Shown here: one piece after another, positions 39,372 through 52,500 of the stretch
Layout: each line of letters starts with the position of its first letter
How positions within the stretch are numbered: position 1 is the first letter of the stretch
Assembly (NCBI RefSeq): GCF_049686335.1
Contig: NZ_JBAVHX010000006.1
Span: forward strand, 1,083-65,082
DNA: 64,000 nucleotides
Source: Buttiauxella sp.
GTDB lineage: Bacteria > Pseudomonadota > Gammaproteobacteria > Enterobacterales > Enterobacteriaceae
Direction: 5' to 3'
Notes under the pieces: generated by a model
The model's database searches: none
What the model saw: only the letters and a program-made list of their open reading frames with translations
Told to the model about the DNA's origin: nothing
Translations under genes and position numbers: made by a program

Positions 39372-39845
39372 TTACTCGATGACGACCAGCGGCTCGTCAA
39401 ATTCAACCGGTTGGCCATTTTCAACCAGGATGGCTTTAACCACACCGGCTTTGTCAGCTTCGATCTGGTTCATCATTTTCATCGCTTCAACGATGCACAG
39501 AGTGTCGCCAACGTTAACTTTCTGGCCAACTTCGATAAATGCTTTAGCATCCGGGCTTGGGGTGCGGTAGAAAGTACCGACCATTGGGGAACGCACGATG
39601 TGACCACTGATTTCAGCAGCTGCTGGTGCTTCTGCCGGAGCGGCAGGTGCAACAACGTTAGACAGACCGGCCTGCGGCTGTGGCTGGTACATTGGAGCGG
39701 CATAAGCCTGTTGCATCATTGGGAAACCGGTGTTTGCCGGTGCGCGGCTGATGCGTACAGATTCTTCGCCTTCAGAAATTTCCAGTTCAGAAATGCCTGA
39801 TTCTTCAACCAGCTCGATCAGTTTTTTAATCTTACGAATATCCAT
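39372..39845 (-). CDS. accB: Biotin carboxyl carrier protein
   Basis: EAMKMM biotinylation motif. Confidence 0.98.
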   Translation of the reverse strand: MDIRKIKKLIELVEESGISELEISEGEESVRISRAPANTGFPMMQQAYAAPMYQPQPQAGLSNVVAPAAPAEAPAAAEISGHIVRSPMVGTFYRTPSPDAKAFIEVGQKVNVGDTLCIVEAMKMMNQIEADKAGVVKAILVENGQPVEFDEPLVVIE

Positions 39846-39866
39846 GAGTGGGTTCCGTACTCTTGT

Positions 39867-40319
39867 TTAGATGGATTTTGACAAGCGTTTTACCGCAGTC
39901 TGTAGTGCATATGAATAGCCGTCAGCGCCTAATCCGCAGATGACACCAACAGCTTTATCAGAAAGATATGAATGATGGCGGAACGGTTCGCGCGCATGCA
40001 CATTGCTCAGATGTATCTCGATAAACGGAATATCAACCGCTAATAAGGCATCACGCAGTGCAACGCTCGTATGAGTAAACGCGGCCGGATTAATCAGAAT
40101 AAAATCAACAGTGTCTTTAGCCTGATGAATACGGTCGATCAATTCATATTCTGCATTTGATTGCAGGTGGCTGAACGAGACATGTAGCGTTTTTGCTTCT
40201 TCTTCGAGCGAGTTAACAATTTGGGCTAAAGTCTGCGTGCCGTACTTCTCAGGCTCACGTGTACCCAGCATGTTAAGATTCGGGCCGTTCAAAAGCAAAA
40301 TGTGAAAATTAGCCGACAT
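39867..40319 (-). CDS. aroQ: Type II 3-dehydroquinate dehydratase
   Basis: [30 protein letters not shown] motifs. Confidence 0.96.
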   Translation of the reverse strand: MSANFHILLLNGPNLNMLGTREPEKYGTQTLAQIVNSLEEEAKTLHVSFSHLQSNAEYELIDRIHQAKDTVDFILINPAAFTHTSVALRDALLAVDIPFIEIHLSNVHAREPFRHHSYLSDKAVGVICGLGADGYSYALQTAVKRLSKSI

Positions 40320-40551
40320 CGTGCTGCCATCTCCTGCAATTTGTAGGTATTTTACAAAATATACCTAAGTTGCTCGGTTGTCACCTTCAGAGCCAGAAAA
40401 TGGCCTGTCAGAAAAACCAAAGTCGCACATTATAACGATTTCGTAGCAATTGGCAGCTAAATACTGGTCTTATCAGGGAAGATGATCAACTGATATCCCT
40501 TTAAGAGGGACGGTTGTTCACTTTTCTGCGGGGAACGACACATATCCTGGG

Positions 40552-41151
40552 CTAACGCCACCACTGACGGAATTTCTTGTAGCGCAAGGCTAACAAGAGG
40601 ATTGCGCCCAGAGCATACAGTAATGGCTGCGGTGAGATAACCTTTACTGACCAGAGATAATGAATCGGTGCAAGGATGGCGACAAGATAGACGAAGTTAT
40701 GCAGTTTTTGCCAACGTGGTCCCAATTTTCGTTGTAAAGATTGGGTCGAAGTTGCTGCCAATGATAACAGCACCAACCAACTGATAATTCCTAAAGTTAA
40801 ATAGGGACGTGTGACCAACTCCCGGCCCAGTAGCGCCAGATTGTTGATGCCTAATTCCAGCGTAGCGTAGCTAACTAAGTGGAGCGTGGCCCACGCAAAG
40901 CACCATAATCCCAACAACCGACGGGTTCGAATTAGCAATGGTTGCTTCCCGTAGCGTGCCAGAGGTGTGACTAACAGCGTCGCCAACAAGAGTTTAAGCG
41001 CCATTCTGCCGGTAAAATGCTGGATATCTTTAGCCGGGTCAGCACTCAACTGCCCCTGACTGGCGGCATAAAAGAGCCAGACAAAAGGCAAAAAGGCGGC
41101 GAGATGCAGCACCACCTTCAGCAACGTTACCTGCTTTGCTGTTAATCTCAC
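40552..41151 (-). CDS. msrQ: Methionine sulfoxide reductase heme subunit
   Basis: [18 protein letters not shown] motifs. Confidence 0.95.
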   Translation of the reverse strand: MRLTAKQVTLLKVVLHLAAFLPFVWLFYAASQGQLSADPAKDIQHFTGRMALKLLLATLLVTPLARYGKQPLLIRTRRLLGLWCFAWATLHLVSYATLELGINNLALLGRELVTRPYLTLGIISWLVLLSLAATSTQSLQRKLGPRWQKLHNFVYLVAILAPIHYLWSVKVISPQPLLYALGAILLLALRYKKFRQWWR

Positions 41152-41152
41152 T

Positions 41153-42157
41153 TTAGAAGTTCTCCTTCAAATTCAAGCCGCGATAGAGCGAACTCACCTG
41201 GTCGGCATAACCATTAAACAGCAGCGTTGGTTGTCGTTTTACATCCAGCACGCCGCCTGAACCAATGAATCTTTCGCTGGCCTGTGACCAGCGCGGGTGG
41301 TCAACATTGGGGTTTACGTTGGCATAAAACCCATATTCATCTGGTGCGGCCATATTCCACGTGGTGGGCGGTAACTCACTAACCAGTTTGATACTGACAA
41401 TCGACTTTATCCCTTTAAATCCGTACTTCCATGGCACGGTGAGACGTATCGGTGCTCCATTTTGCGGTGGTAGCGCTTTGCCATACACACCAACGGTCAG
41501 CAGCGTGAGAGGGTGCATCGCCTCATCAAGACGTAACCCTTCAACATAGGGATACTTCAATCCGCCGCCGATAAAACGGTCTTTCTGCCCGGGCATTTGA
41601 TCCGGGTCGTAAAGCGTTTCGAATGCGACATATTTCGCTTTGCTGGTGGGTTCGACCAGCGCCAGCAGTTTACTAAGCGGGAAACCTATCCACGGCACTA
41701 CCATCGACCACGCTTCTACACAACGCATCCGGTAAATACGTTGCTCCAGCGGGAATTTCTTATACAGATCGTCGAGGTCCAGCGTTTGTGGTTTTGCTAC
41801 TTCACCGCTAATCGTCACTTTCCACGGATCGGTTTTTAGACTTCCGGCATTGGCTGCGGGGTCGGCTTTATCCAGACCAAATTCATAGAAGTTATTGTAG
41901 CCAGTCACTTTATCTTCTGGCGTCATGGCGAGTTTTGCCTGCCACTGTTCTGGTTGGCTAAATTGCAGCGGTTTTCCCGATGGAGCGGGCGGACGGTCGT
42001 TCCCTTTAAACCAGGAGAGAATATCCGCATGCGCAGACTGAGGAAGCGAGAGGGCAGCCGCACCGATACCCAGCGCTTTCAGTACCTGGCGGCGTTTCAT
42101 CATAAAAACTGATTCGGGTGTGACATCTGCTTCTGTAAAGCGGGTTAGCTTCTTCAT
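41153..42157 (-). CDS. msrP: Periplasmic Mo-dependent methionine sulfoxide reductase
   Basis: Tat signal [16 protein letters not shown]; start set at 42157 (GGAGAG upstream). Confidence 0.95.
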   Translation of the reverse strand: MKKLTRFTEADVTPESVFMMKRRQVLKALGIGAAALSLPQSAHADILSWFKGNDRPPAPSGKPLQFSQPEQWQAKLAMTPEDKVTGYNNFYEFGLDKADPAANAGSLKTDPWKVTISGEVAKPQTLDLDDLYKKFPLEQRIYRMRCVEAWSMVVPWIGFPLSKLLALVEPTSKAKYVAFETLYDPDQMPGQKDRFIGGGLKYPYVEGLRLDEAMHPLTLLTVGVYGKALPPQNGAPIRLTVPWKYGFKGIKSIVSIKLVSELPPTTWNMAAPDEYGFYANVNPNVDHPRWSQASERFIGSGGVLDVKRQPTLLFNGYADQVSSLYRGLNLKENF

Positions 42158-42442
42158 CTTTCTCTCCAGCATGGCTTTATCAACTAAGCATGACGGAGAA
42201 CGCTGAAGGCTGCGAATATGTCACAAAAAATTGAAACTTAAACCACATGGCCGGGTTTAGTTGCGGTGGTGTTAATGGGAGAAAAGACGATGAAGGCTAT
42301 ACTTGAATAGCGGCTTATATACGCATCCTTTGCAACAAAGGATAAGAATGTGTTCAGCGTGTTTGCCTGAATAGCGCTTTTGCTATGTAATGCCGCATCA
42401 CGTCAGGCTGGTCTATCTTCACCAAACGGAGTTAACTCAAGG

Positions 42443-44383
42443 ATGCGATTAACGACGAAACTTTCTGCTTTTATGACGCTGCTGACTGGCCTCGCGATTT
42501 TTGTGACGCTGGTGGGGTGTTCATTAAGCTTCTTTAATGCGATGCATTATAAAGTTCATCAACGAGTGGTTGCGGTTGCCACCATCATTGATAACGATTT
42601 GGTTTCAAGTTCCCCCGAAGCGCTGATCAAGCGCCTCAACGAAGTCATGGTTCCCATTGATATCACCGAAGTGGCATTCAAAGTGGGCGGCAACACGGTT
42701 TACCAGCATCAACTGAGCCAAACCTATCGCTTACTGGGAAATAGCTACAGTTTTCGCACCGTGACTGTTGAATTAATGAAGCATCCGGGAATGTTCCTTA
42801 CGCTCACCTATCGCGATCCGGTCGCCAATTATTACAACTCTCTATTCACGACGGTTCCACTTTCAATCACGGTTGGCTTCATGCTTATCGTGCTGTTTTT
42901 TGCTATCCGCTGGATGAAAAAACAACTCGTCGGACAGGAGCTTCTGGAAAGCAGAGCCCGGCGAATTCTGAATGGTGAAAGAGGCGTTGAAGTGCGTGGT
43001 TCGGTGCTGGAATGGCCTCCACAAGCCAGTAGCGCACTGGATTTACTGCTCTCAGATCTGCAAAACGCGAGCGATCAGCGCAGCCGCATGGATACCTTGA
43101 TTCGTGCATATGCCGCGCAAGATGCGAAAACCGGTCTGAACAATCGTCTGTTCTTTGATAACCAACTGGCGACTTTGCTTGATGAACAAGAGCAAGTGGG
43201 TGCCCATGGCGTGGTGATGATTATCCGCTTACCGGATTTTGACACCTTGCATGAAACATGGGGACGCAATGCGGTCGAAGAGTACCTGTTTACCATTATT
43301 AATATGTTGTCGACTTTTGTGATGCGTTACCCCGGCGCTTTGCTGGCGCGTTATTTCCGCAGCGATTTTGCCGTTTTGTTACCGCATCGCACCTTAAAAG
43401 AAGCCGACAGCATTGCAAGCCAGTTACTGAAGGCCGTTGATACGTTGCCGCCAACGCGGATGCTTGACCGTAATGACATGATGCATATCGGTATTTGCGC
43501 ATGGCGAAGTGGGCAGACCAAAGAGCAGGTGATGGAGAACGCAGAAGTCGCGACGCGAAACGCTTCTTTGCAAGGGGCGAACAGTTGGTCGGTGTATGAC
43601 GATAGTTTGCCGGAAAAAGGGCGCGGCAATGTGAAATGGCGTACGCTCATTGAGCAGGTCTTGCAGCGTGGCGGTCCGCGCTTTTACCAAAAACCGGCGG
43701 TGATGCGTAATGGATACGTTCATCATCGCGAAATAATGTGTCGGATTTTCGACGGCGAACAAGAAGTGCTGGCGGCAGAATATATGCCGATGGTGAAACA
43801 GTTTGGTTTATCGGAGCAGTATGACCGACAGACCATCGCCCGATTGTTGCCATTAGCCGGTTTCTGGCCAGAAGAAAACCTGGCTATTCAGGTGTCAGTC
43901 GAGTCATTGATTCGTGCTCCGTTCCAGCGTTGGTTGCGTGATGCGTTGATGCAATCAGAAAAATCGCTTCGACGACGTATTCTTTTTGAACTTGCAGAGG
44001 CAGATGTTTGTCAACACATCAGCCGATTGCAGCCTGTGATTCGCTTGATAAAAGCATTGGGGGCGCGTGTTGCGGTCTCCCATGCGGGTTTGACCGTGGT
44101 TAGCGCCTCTTATATTAAAGAGTTGGATGTGGAGTTGATAAAGTTGCATCCTGGGCTTGTGCGTAACATCGAGAAACGAACGGAAAATCAGCTATTTGTT
44201 CAGAGCCTGGTTGAGGCCTGTAACGGGACTCAGACCCAAGTTTTTGCGGTTGGAGTCAGAACGCGAAGGGAATGGCAGACACTGGTGGAGAAAGGCGTGG
44301 CGGGTGCTCAGGGGGATTTTTTTGCGGCCTCTCAACCACTAGACAGCAACGTGAAAAAATATTCGCAAAGATACTCGGTTTAA
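42443..44383 (+). CDS. csrD: RNase E specificity factor CsrD (degenerate GGDEF-EAL)
   Basis: Start MRLTTK at 42443 gives 646 aa; precedes mreB. Confidence 0.95.
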   Translation: MRLTTKLSAFMTLLTGLAIFVTLVGCSLSFFNAMHYKVHQRVVAVATIIDNDLVSSSPEALIKRLNEVMVPIDITEVAFKVGGNTVYQHQLSQTYRLLGNSYSFRTVTVELMKHPGMFLTLTYRDPVANYYNSLFTTVPLSITVGFMLIVLFFAIRWMKKQLVGQELLESRARRILNGERGVEVRGSVLEWPPQASSALDLLLSDLQNASDQRSRMDTLIRAYAAQDAKTGLNNRLFFDNQLATLLDEQEQVGAHGVVMIIRLPDFDTLHETWGRNAVEEYLFTIINMLSTFVMRYPGALLARYFRSDFAVLLPHRTLKEADSIASQLLKAVDTLPPTRMLDRNDMMHIGICAWRSGQTKEQVMENAEVATRNASLQGANSWSVYDDSLPEKGRGNVKWRTLIEQVLQRGGPRFYQKPAVMRNGYVHHREIMCRIFDGEQEVLAAEYMPMVKQFGLSEQYDRQTIARLLPLAGFWPEENLAIQVSVESLIRAPFQRWLRDALMQSEKSLRRRILFELAEADVCQHISRLQPVIRLIKALGARVAVSHAGLTVVSASYIKELDVELIKLHPGLVRNIEKRTENQLFVQSLVEACNGTQTQVFAVGVRTRREWQTLVEKGVAGAQGDFFAASQPLDSNVKKYSQRYSV

Positions 44384-44643
44384 CCTGCCGTTTATAAATA
44401 TTTCACGTAGAATAACGCGCGCTGCATCTCAAGGGGGCCAATACGCCTGCTGACCAGATTGTTGAAGCATGAAATGAACCCGGTTTGCTTCCTTGCACTG
44501 TTCGTTTAACCTACAGCGTTTGTTTGTTTCCTCCGCAGTTCGAGGATAAACGTGTCGAAAGTGTAACGGTCGTAGTAAACTGCACAATTTTTCACCATTG
44601 CAGAACATTTTTGCGCCTTGTCGCTGCAATGAGTGGTTGGTAA

Positions 44644-45735
<1,092 letters not shown>

Positions 45736-45747
45736 TCAGCCACACGT

Positions 45748-45774
45748 AAAAGGCAGTGATTATCACTGCCTTTT
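45748..45774 (+). terminator. Terminator-like palindrome between mreB and mreC
   Basis: AAAAGGCAGTGAT-T-ATCACTGCCTTTT, perfect 13-bp arms. Confidence 0.65.
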
Positions 45775-45802
45775 CTTGCTGGCCCTGGAATACGCATAGC
45801 CT

Positions 45803-46825
45803 ATGAAGCCAATTTTTAGCCGTGGCCCTTCGTTGCAGTTTCGCCTAATTCTGGCGGTGCTGGTGGCGATTGGTGTCATTATTGCTGATAGCCGTCTGGG
45901 TACGTTCAGTCAGATTCGAACGTATATGGATACTGCCGTCAGTCCTTTCTATTTTGTCTCAAATGGTCCCCGTGAATTGCTCGACAGCGTCTCGCAAACA
46001 CTGGCATCACGCGACCAGCTAGAACTCGAAAATCGTGCACTGCGTCAGGAACTGATCCTGAAAAACAGCGAACTTCTGATGATGGGTCAATATCGTCAGG
46101 AAAACGCACGTCTGCGTGAATTACTTGGCTCACCGTTGCGTCAGGACGAGCAAAAAATGGTGACTCAGGTTATCTCAACCGTTAACGATCCTTACAGTGA
46201 CCAGGTGGTTATTGATAAAGGTAGCGTGAACGGGGTCTATGAAGGCCAGCCTGTCATTAGTGATAAAGGTGTCGTAGGTCAGGTAGTTGCGGTGGCGAAA
46301 CTCACCAGCCGCGTATTGCTTATCTGTGATGCGACCCATGCACTGCCGATTCAGGTTCTGCGCAACGATATTCGTATCATTGCGGCGGGTAATGGTTGTA
46401 CCGACGATCTGCAACTGGAACATTTACCGGCCAATACTGATATTCGTGTCGGTGATGTGTTAGTGACATCTGGTTTAGGCGGGCGCTTCCCGGAAGGTTA
46501 TCCAGTGGGTGTCGTTTCTTCAGTGAAACTTGATACTCAGCGTGCATACACCGTTATTCAGGCTCGTCCAACTGCTGGCTTACAACGTCTGCGTTATTTG
46601 CTGCTGTTGTGGGGCGCGGATCGTGAAGGGAAAACCCCGATGCCGCCTGATGAAGTTCATCGCGTTGCGAATGAGCGTCTGATGCAAATGATGCCGCAGG
46701 TTTTACCGGCCGCTGATTCTGTTGGACCACCGGCTCCGGTTCCACCACCCGCAACGGGCATTACCACTCCAGCGCCTGCAGGGAATACTGTTTCTGCTGC
46801 ACCTGCAAGCCAGGGAGGGCAGTAG
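45803..46825 (+). CDS. mreC: Rod-shape protein MreC
   Basis: [28 protein letters not shown]; Pro-rich tail. Confidence 0.97.
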   Translation: MKPIFSRGPSLQFRLILAVLVAIGVIIADSRLGTFSQIRTYMDTAVSPFYFVSNGPRELLDSVSQTLASRDQLELENRALRQELILKNSELLMMGQYRQENARLRELLGSPLRQDEQKMVTQVISTVNDPYSDQVVIDKGSVNGVYEGQPVISDKGVVGQVVAVAKLTSRVLLICDATHALPIQVLRNDIRIIAAGNGCTDDLQLEHLPANTDIRVGDVLVTSGLGGRFPEGYPVGVVSSVKLDTQRAYTVIQARPTAGLQRLRYLLLLWGADREGKTPMPPDEVHRVANERLMQMMPQVLPAADSVGPPAPVPPPATGITTPAPAGNTVSAAPASQGGQ

Positions 46826-47313
46826 TGGGAAGTTACCGTAGCCAGGGCCGTTGGGTAATCTGGCTTTCTTTCCTCGTCGCCTTGCTGTTACAAGTAATGC
46901 CCTGGCCTGACGATTTAAAAGTCTATCGTCCGGACTGGGTATTACTGATCCTGCTTTACTGGATTCTGGCTCTGCCACACCGCGTAAATGTCGGCACAGG
47001 TTTTATCGTGGGTGCCATACTGGATTTAATCAGTGGTTCCACCCTTGGCGTTCGGGCGTTATCTCTGAGCATCGTTGCTTATCTGGTGGCGTTAAAGTAC
47101 CAGCTATTCCGCAATCTCGCGCTTTGGCAACAGGCTTTGGTGGTTATGCTGTTGTCATTGATGACAGATGTCATTGTTTTCTGGTCTGAATTTTTAGTTA
47201 TCAATGTCTCTTTCCGCCCAGAAATATTCTGGAGCAGTGTGGTCAATGGTGTACTGTGGCCATGGATCTTCTTGTTGATGCGTAAAATTCGCCAACAATT
47301 TGCTGTGCAATAG
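46825..47313 (+). CDS. mreD: Rod-shape protein MreD
   Basis: GTG start, 162 aa hydrophobic protein. Confidence 0.96.
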   Translation: MGSYRSQGRWVIWLSFLVALLLQVMPWPDDLKVYRPDWVLLILLYWILALPHRVNVGTGFIVGAILDLISGSTLGVRALSLSIVAYLVALKYQLFRNLALWQQALVVMLLSLMTDVIVFWSEFLVINVSFRPEIFWSSVVNGVLWPWIFLLMRKIRQQFAVQ

Positions 47314-47321
47314 GATTTAAC

Positions 47322-47915
47322 ATGACATCTTTGTATCTGGCATCGGGTTCCCCACGTCGTCAGGAATTGCTGACTCAGTTGGGCGTATCGTTTGAGCGCA
47401 TCATTACTGATGTAGAAGAGCAGCGTCTTAGCGCTGAGAGTGCGCAACAGTACGTAGTGCGTCTGGCGCGTGATAAAGCACGGGCAGGCGTTGCACTCGC
47501 TCAACATGACTTACCGGTATTAGGTGCTGATACGATTGTTATCTACAATGGCAATGTGTTGGAAAAACCTAAAGATGAACAACATGCTGCAGATATGCTT
47601 CGGATGCTATCCGGAAATCAGCACCAGGTAATGACGGCCGTTGCGCTGGCGGACAGTGAGTCGTTGCTTGATTGCCTGGTGACGACTGAAGTGACATTTC
47701 GAGCATTATCAGAACAGGATATCGCTGATTACGTTTCCAGCGGTGAACCCATGGATAAAGCAGGTGCATACGGTATTCAAGGGCTTGGTGGCTGTTTTGT
47801 CAGGAAGATTAATGGCAGCTACCATGCTGTAGTCGGTTTACCGCTAGTTGAAACCTATGAATTGCTGAGTAATTTTCACGCATTGCGTGATGGACGAGGA
47901 AAACATGACGGCTGA
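47322..47915 (+). CDS. yhdE: Maf-family nucleoside triphosphate pyrophosphatase
   Basis: [20 protein letters not shown] motifs. Confidence 0.96.
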   Translation: MTSLYLASGSPRRQELLTQLGVSFERIITDVEEQRLSAESAQQYVVRLARDKARAGVALAQHDLPVLGADTIVIYNGNVLEKPKDEQHAADMLRMLSGNQHQVMTAVALADSESLLDCLVTTEVTFRALSEQDIADYVSSGEPMDKAGAYGIQGLGGCFVRKINGSYHAVVGLPLVETYELLSNFHALRDGRGKHDG

Positions 47916-49374
47916 ATTGTTAGTCAACGTGACCCCATCGGAAACTCGGGTGGCTTACATTGATGGTGGAATACTGCAAGAGATTCATATCGAACGCGAA
48001 GCACGTCGCGGGATCGTAGGGAATATCTACAAAGGTCGTGTAAGCCGGGTGCTTCCGGGGATGCAGGCGGCATTTGTAGATATTGGCCTTGATAAGGCAG
48101 CGTTTCTTCACGCTTCTGACATCATGCCACATACCGAATGTGTGGCGGGCGAAGAGCAGAAGAACTTCACCGTACGAGATATTTCCGAACTGGTACGCCA
48201 GGGCCAGGATTTAATGGTTCAGGTGGTCAAAGATCCGCTGGGCACCAAAGGCGCTCGTTTGACTACCGACATCACGCTGCCATCTCGTTACCTGGTGTTT
48301 ATGCCGGGTGCTTCCCACGTCGGGGTTTCCCAGCGCATTGAAAGTGAAGCCGAGCGTGAACGCCTGAAACGTGTGGTGAATGCGTATTGCGATGAGCAGG
48401 GCGGATTTATTATTCGCACCGCTGCTGAAGGCGTATGTGAAGACGATTTAGCGTCAGATGCGGCTTACCTCAAGCGTGTCTGGACCAAAGTGAGTGAGCG
48501 CAAAAAGCGTAATAAAACTCGCTGCCAACTCTACGGTGAACTGGCGCTGGCACAACGTGTGCTGCGTGATTTTGCCGATGCCGCTCTTGACCGTATTCGT
48601 GTCGATTCCCGTCTTACTTACGACATGCTGTTGGAATTTACCGAAGAATACATGCCGGAAATACACAGCAAAATCGAACACTACAGTGGTCGCCAGCCTA
48701 TTTTTGACCTGTTTGACGTTGAGAACGAAATCCAGCGTGCGCTAGAGCGAAAAGTTGAGCTGAAATCAGGTGGCTACCTGGTTATCGACCAGACTGAAGC
48801 GATGACGACTGTGGATATCAACACCGGGGCTTTCGTCGGCCACCGCAATCTTGATGACACAATTTTCAACACCAATATTGAAGCGACACAGGCGATAGCC
48901 CGCCAGTTACGTTTACGCAACCTCGGTGGCATTATCATTATCGATTTCATCGACATGAGTAATGAAGACCATCGCCGACGTGTGTTGCACTCTCTCGAAC
49001 AGGCGTTGAGCAAAGATCGCGTGAAAACCAGTATTAACGGTTTCTCTCAACTCGGACTGGTTGAGATGACGCGCAAACGCACCCGTGAAAGCGTTGAACA
49101 TGTGCTTTGTAACGACTGTCCAACTTGCCATGGTCGCGGTACCGTGAAAACCGTAGAAACCGTGTGCTATGAAATTATGCGTGAAATTGTGCGCGTGCAT
49201 CATGCTTACGATTCCGACCGTTTCCTGGTTTACGCTTCACCAGCGGTAGGGGAAGCGCTGAAAAGCGAAGAGTCCCACTCTTTGGCTGAAGTGGAAATTT
49301 TCGTCGGCAAGCAAGTCAAAGTTCAGATCGAGCCGCTCTATAATCAAGAGCAATTCGACGTGGTTATGATGTAA
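47905..49374 (+). CDS. rng: Ribonuclease G
   Basis: [17 protein letters not shown] from 47905, 489 aa; [15 protein letters not shown]. Confidence 0.98.
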   Translation: MTAELLVNVTPSETRVAYIDGGILQEIHIEREARRGIVGNIYKGRVSRVLPGMQAAFVDIGLDKAAFLHASDIMPHTECVAGEEQKNFTVRDISELVRQGQDLMVQVVKDPLGTKGARLTTDITLPSRYLVFMPGASHVGVSQRIESEAERERLKRVVNAYCDEQGGFIIRTAAEGVCEDDLASDAAYLKRVWTKVSERKKRNKTRCQLYGELALAQRVLRDFADAALDRIRVDSRLTYDMLLEFTEEYMPEIHSKIEHYSGRQPIFDLFDVENEIQRALERKVELKSGGYLVIDQTEAMTTVDINTGAFVGHRNLDDTIFNTNIEATQAIARQLRLRNLGGIIIIDFIDMSNEDHRRRVLHSLEQALSKDRVKTSINGFSQLGLVEMTRKRTRESVEHVLCNDCPTCHGRGTVKTVETVCYEIMREIVRVHHAYDSDRFLVYASPAVGEALKSEESHSLAEVEIFVGKQVKVQIEPLYNQEQFDVVMM

Positions 49375-49387
49375 CTCGCCGCACGGA

Positions 49388-49514
49388 TATACCCATCGGC
49401 CTTCAATATGCAGGGTTGTTGGCTGCTCTTGTTCACCCGAATCACTTACTAAAGTAAGCTCATCGGGATTCATGCAATTGCCGCCTACCTGCATCTTAAA
49501 GTGACTTGGGTATA
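49388..49514. repeat. ERIC/IRU element copy 2 (127 bp)
   Basis: TATACCC...GGGTATA ends with the same core as copy 1. Confidence 0.9.
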
Positions 49515-49558
49515 GTGCAGATTTGAGTTCCGCTCCGGCGGCCAACAAGGAGATATTC

Positions 49559-52500
49559 GTGAGGCGACTGCCCGGCATTCTGCTGCTCACTGGCGCAACG
49601 TTGATCGTTATCGTCGCACTGCTGGTGAGTGGTTTGCGGCTGGTTTTGCCGCATCTCAATGCCTGGCGTCCAGCGCTGCTCGAAAAAATAGAAGCCATGA
49701 CGGGTGCGCCCGTCGATGCCAGCCAGATCCAGGCAAACTGGGAAAATTTCGGCCCAACGCTTGATGTCCGCGATATCAAAGCGGGACTGAAAGATGGTGG
49801 CGAACTGAAGGTTAAGCGTGTCACGCTGGCGCTCGACCTGTGGCAAAGTATTTTGCACGCTCGCTGGCAGTTCCGCGATCTCACTTTTTACCAATTGCAG
49901 GTTCGAACCAACACCCCGTTAAGTCGAAATAAAGGGGACAGTAAGCTCGAACCGGGCAAAATCAGCGATCTTTTTTTACGCCAGTTCGATCACTTCGATC
50001 TGCGCGATAGCTCCCTGAGTTTCCTCACCATTTCCGGCCAGCGCGCCGAACTCACCATTCCGCAATTAACCTGGCTTAACACCAAAAACCGTCACCGCGC
50101 CGAAGGGCTGGTCAGCTTGTCGAGCTTTAATGGCCAACACGGTGTGGCGAAAGTCAGAATGGATTTGCGTGACGAAAATGGTTTATTGAACATTGGTAAA
50201 GTCTGGTTGCAGGCCGAAAACGTTGACATGAAACCGTGGCTTGGCCGCTGGATGAAAGACAATGTCGATTTAAAAACTGCTGAATTCACCCTTGAAGCCT
50301 GGATGGATATCAAAGCTGGCGATATTTCGGGTGGCAACGTCTGGTTGAAGCAAGGCGGCGCAAGCTGGGCGGGGAAACGTTCCGAGCATCGGCTGTCCGT
50401 TGATAATCTTATGGCGCGCGTAAATCGTTCTGGTGCAGGCTGGGATCTTGCGATTCCTTCGACCAATATCACGCTGGATGGTAAAACCTGGCCTAAAGGC
50501 TCGTTGGCGCTGGCGTGGATTGCGCCTCAAAGTGTCGGTGGTAAAGAGAATGAGCGCAGTGACGAACTGCGTGTGCGGGCTACCAATATGGAGCTGGAAA
50601 GCTTCACTGGCTTATCGCCGATCGCAGAAAAGATTTCGCCAGACTTCGGTGAGATTTGGAATACGCTGCAACCGCGCGGACACATCGACGTTCTGGAGGT
50701 GGATATTCCGCTTCAGCAGACTGAAAACACCCGTATGCAAGGGCGCTGGAAAGACGTCAGTTGGAAGCAATGGAAGATGCTGCCGGGCGTTGAACACTTC
50801 TCCGGGTCGGTGACGGGCGGCGTCGGGCACGGCCAGCTTAATGCGCAGGTTCTTAATGCCAAAATGCCATACGAGGGCGTATTCCGTGCGCCGCTGGAAA
50901 TTGAACGCGCCGTTGCAACACTTGAATGGCAGAAAAATGCCGCAGGTTTCCAGCTTGATGGCAAAAATCTCGATGTAAAAGCGCGTTCTGTTTGGGCCGC
51001 CGGTGACTTCCGTTACTACCAGCCGACAGACAATGAACCGTGGCTTGGGATTCTTGCCGGGATCAGCACCCATAATGGCGCTGATGCGTGGCGTTACTTC
51101 CCTGAAAACCTGATGGGCAAAGAGTTGGTTGATTACCTCAGCGGTGCGATTCAGGGGGGGGAAGCGGATAACGCGACGTTGGTTTACGGGGGTAATCCTC
51201 ATCTATTCCCTTATGTGCACAACGAAGGGCAGTTCCAGGTATATGTCCCGTTGTATAACGCGAAATATGCTTTCCAGCCTGACTGGCCTGCGCTTGAAAA
51301 CCTGAATATCACTCTGGATTTCATCAATAACGGTTTGTGGATGAAATCAGATGAAGTGAAACTGGGCGGTGTGACCGGACGTAATCTGACGGCGGTAATC
51401 CCGGATTACGCGAAGCAAAAACTGTTGGTTGATTCTGATATCAGTGGTCCTGGCAGTGCGGTTGGCCTCTATTTCAAAGACACTCCGCTTAAAGATTCTC
51501 TTTCCTCCGCACTTGATGAACTCCAGATTGGTGGCGATGTGAATGCTCGCTTACATCTGGATATCCCGTTTAATGGCGATGCGACCACTGCCTCGGGTGA
51601 TGTTCAGCTCAAAAATAATACATTGCTGATAAAACCCCTTTCCAGCACGCTGACCAATCTGAACGGTAAGTTCAGCTTTGTTAACGGCGATCTGGAAAGT
51701 GAGCCGATGAAAGCCACCTGGTTTAACCAACCCATTGGTATTGAGTTCAATACTAAAACCGGTGAGAAAGACTACAAGGTGGGCGTCAACTTGCTGGGTG
51801 ACTGGCAGCCGACAAAAATGGGCATTGTGCCTGAGCCAATCAGTAAAGAATTGAGTGGTAATGTTCCCTGGAAAGGCGATGTGGCGATTACGCTCCCGTA
51901 CCGCGGAGAGGCGAACTACAAAATTAACGTTGCGGCAGACTTGAAAAATGTGAGCAGTCACTTACCTCCTCCCGTCGATAAATCCGCGGGGCAAGCGCTG
52001 CCGTTGAATGTTGCTGTGAAAGGCGATCTCAATAGTTTCGATCTGACAGGTAACGCGGGTCCGAAAAACCATTTCGCCAGTCGCTGGTTGCTGAGTAAAA
52101 AACTCACCCTTGACCGGGCGATTTGGGCAACCAACAGCCACACCGTTCCGCCACTACCTGACAATTCTGGCTTAGAACTGGATCTTCCCGCGATGGATGG
52201 TGCGCAATGGCTGGCAATATTCAGCCACGGCGCGGTGGAAAGTGTCGGTAACTCGGCCTCATTCCCGACTAATGTTACATTGCGTACACCTTCGCTGACG
52301 TTTGCGGGTCAGCAATGGAACAACCTGAGTCTGCTTTCCCATGCGATTCCAAATGGTACTCGCGTCGAAGCCCAGGGCCGCGAAGTGAATGGCTCGTTGA
52401 CGATGCAAAATAATGCACCGTGGCGAGCAGCCATCAAATATCTCTATTTCAACCCTGACTGGGGCAATAGCACCGCTAAATCGACCAGCGCTTCGCCATT

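Noticed and set aside
38288..39800. Long opposite-strand ORFs over accC/accB (and 59902-60591 over the GabD-like gene)
   Set aside because: Typical shadow frames of conserved, codon-biased genes.
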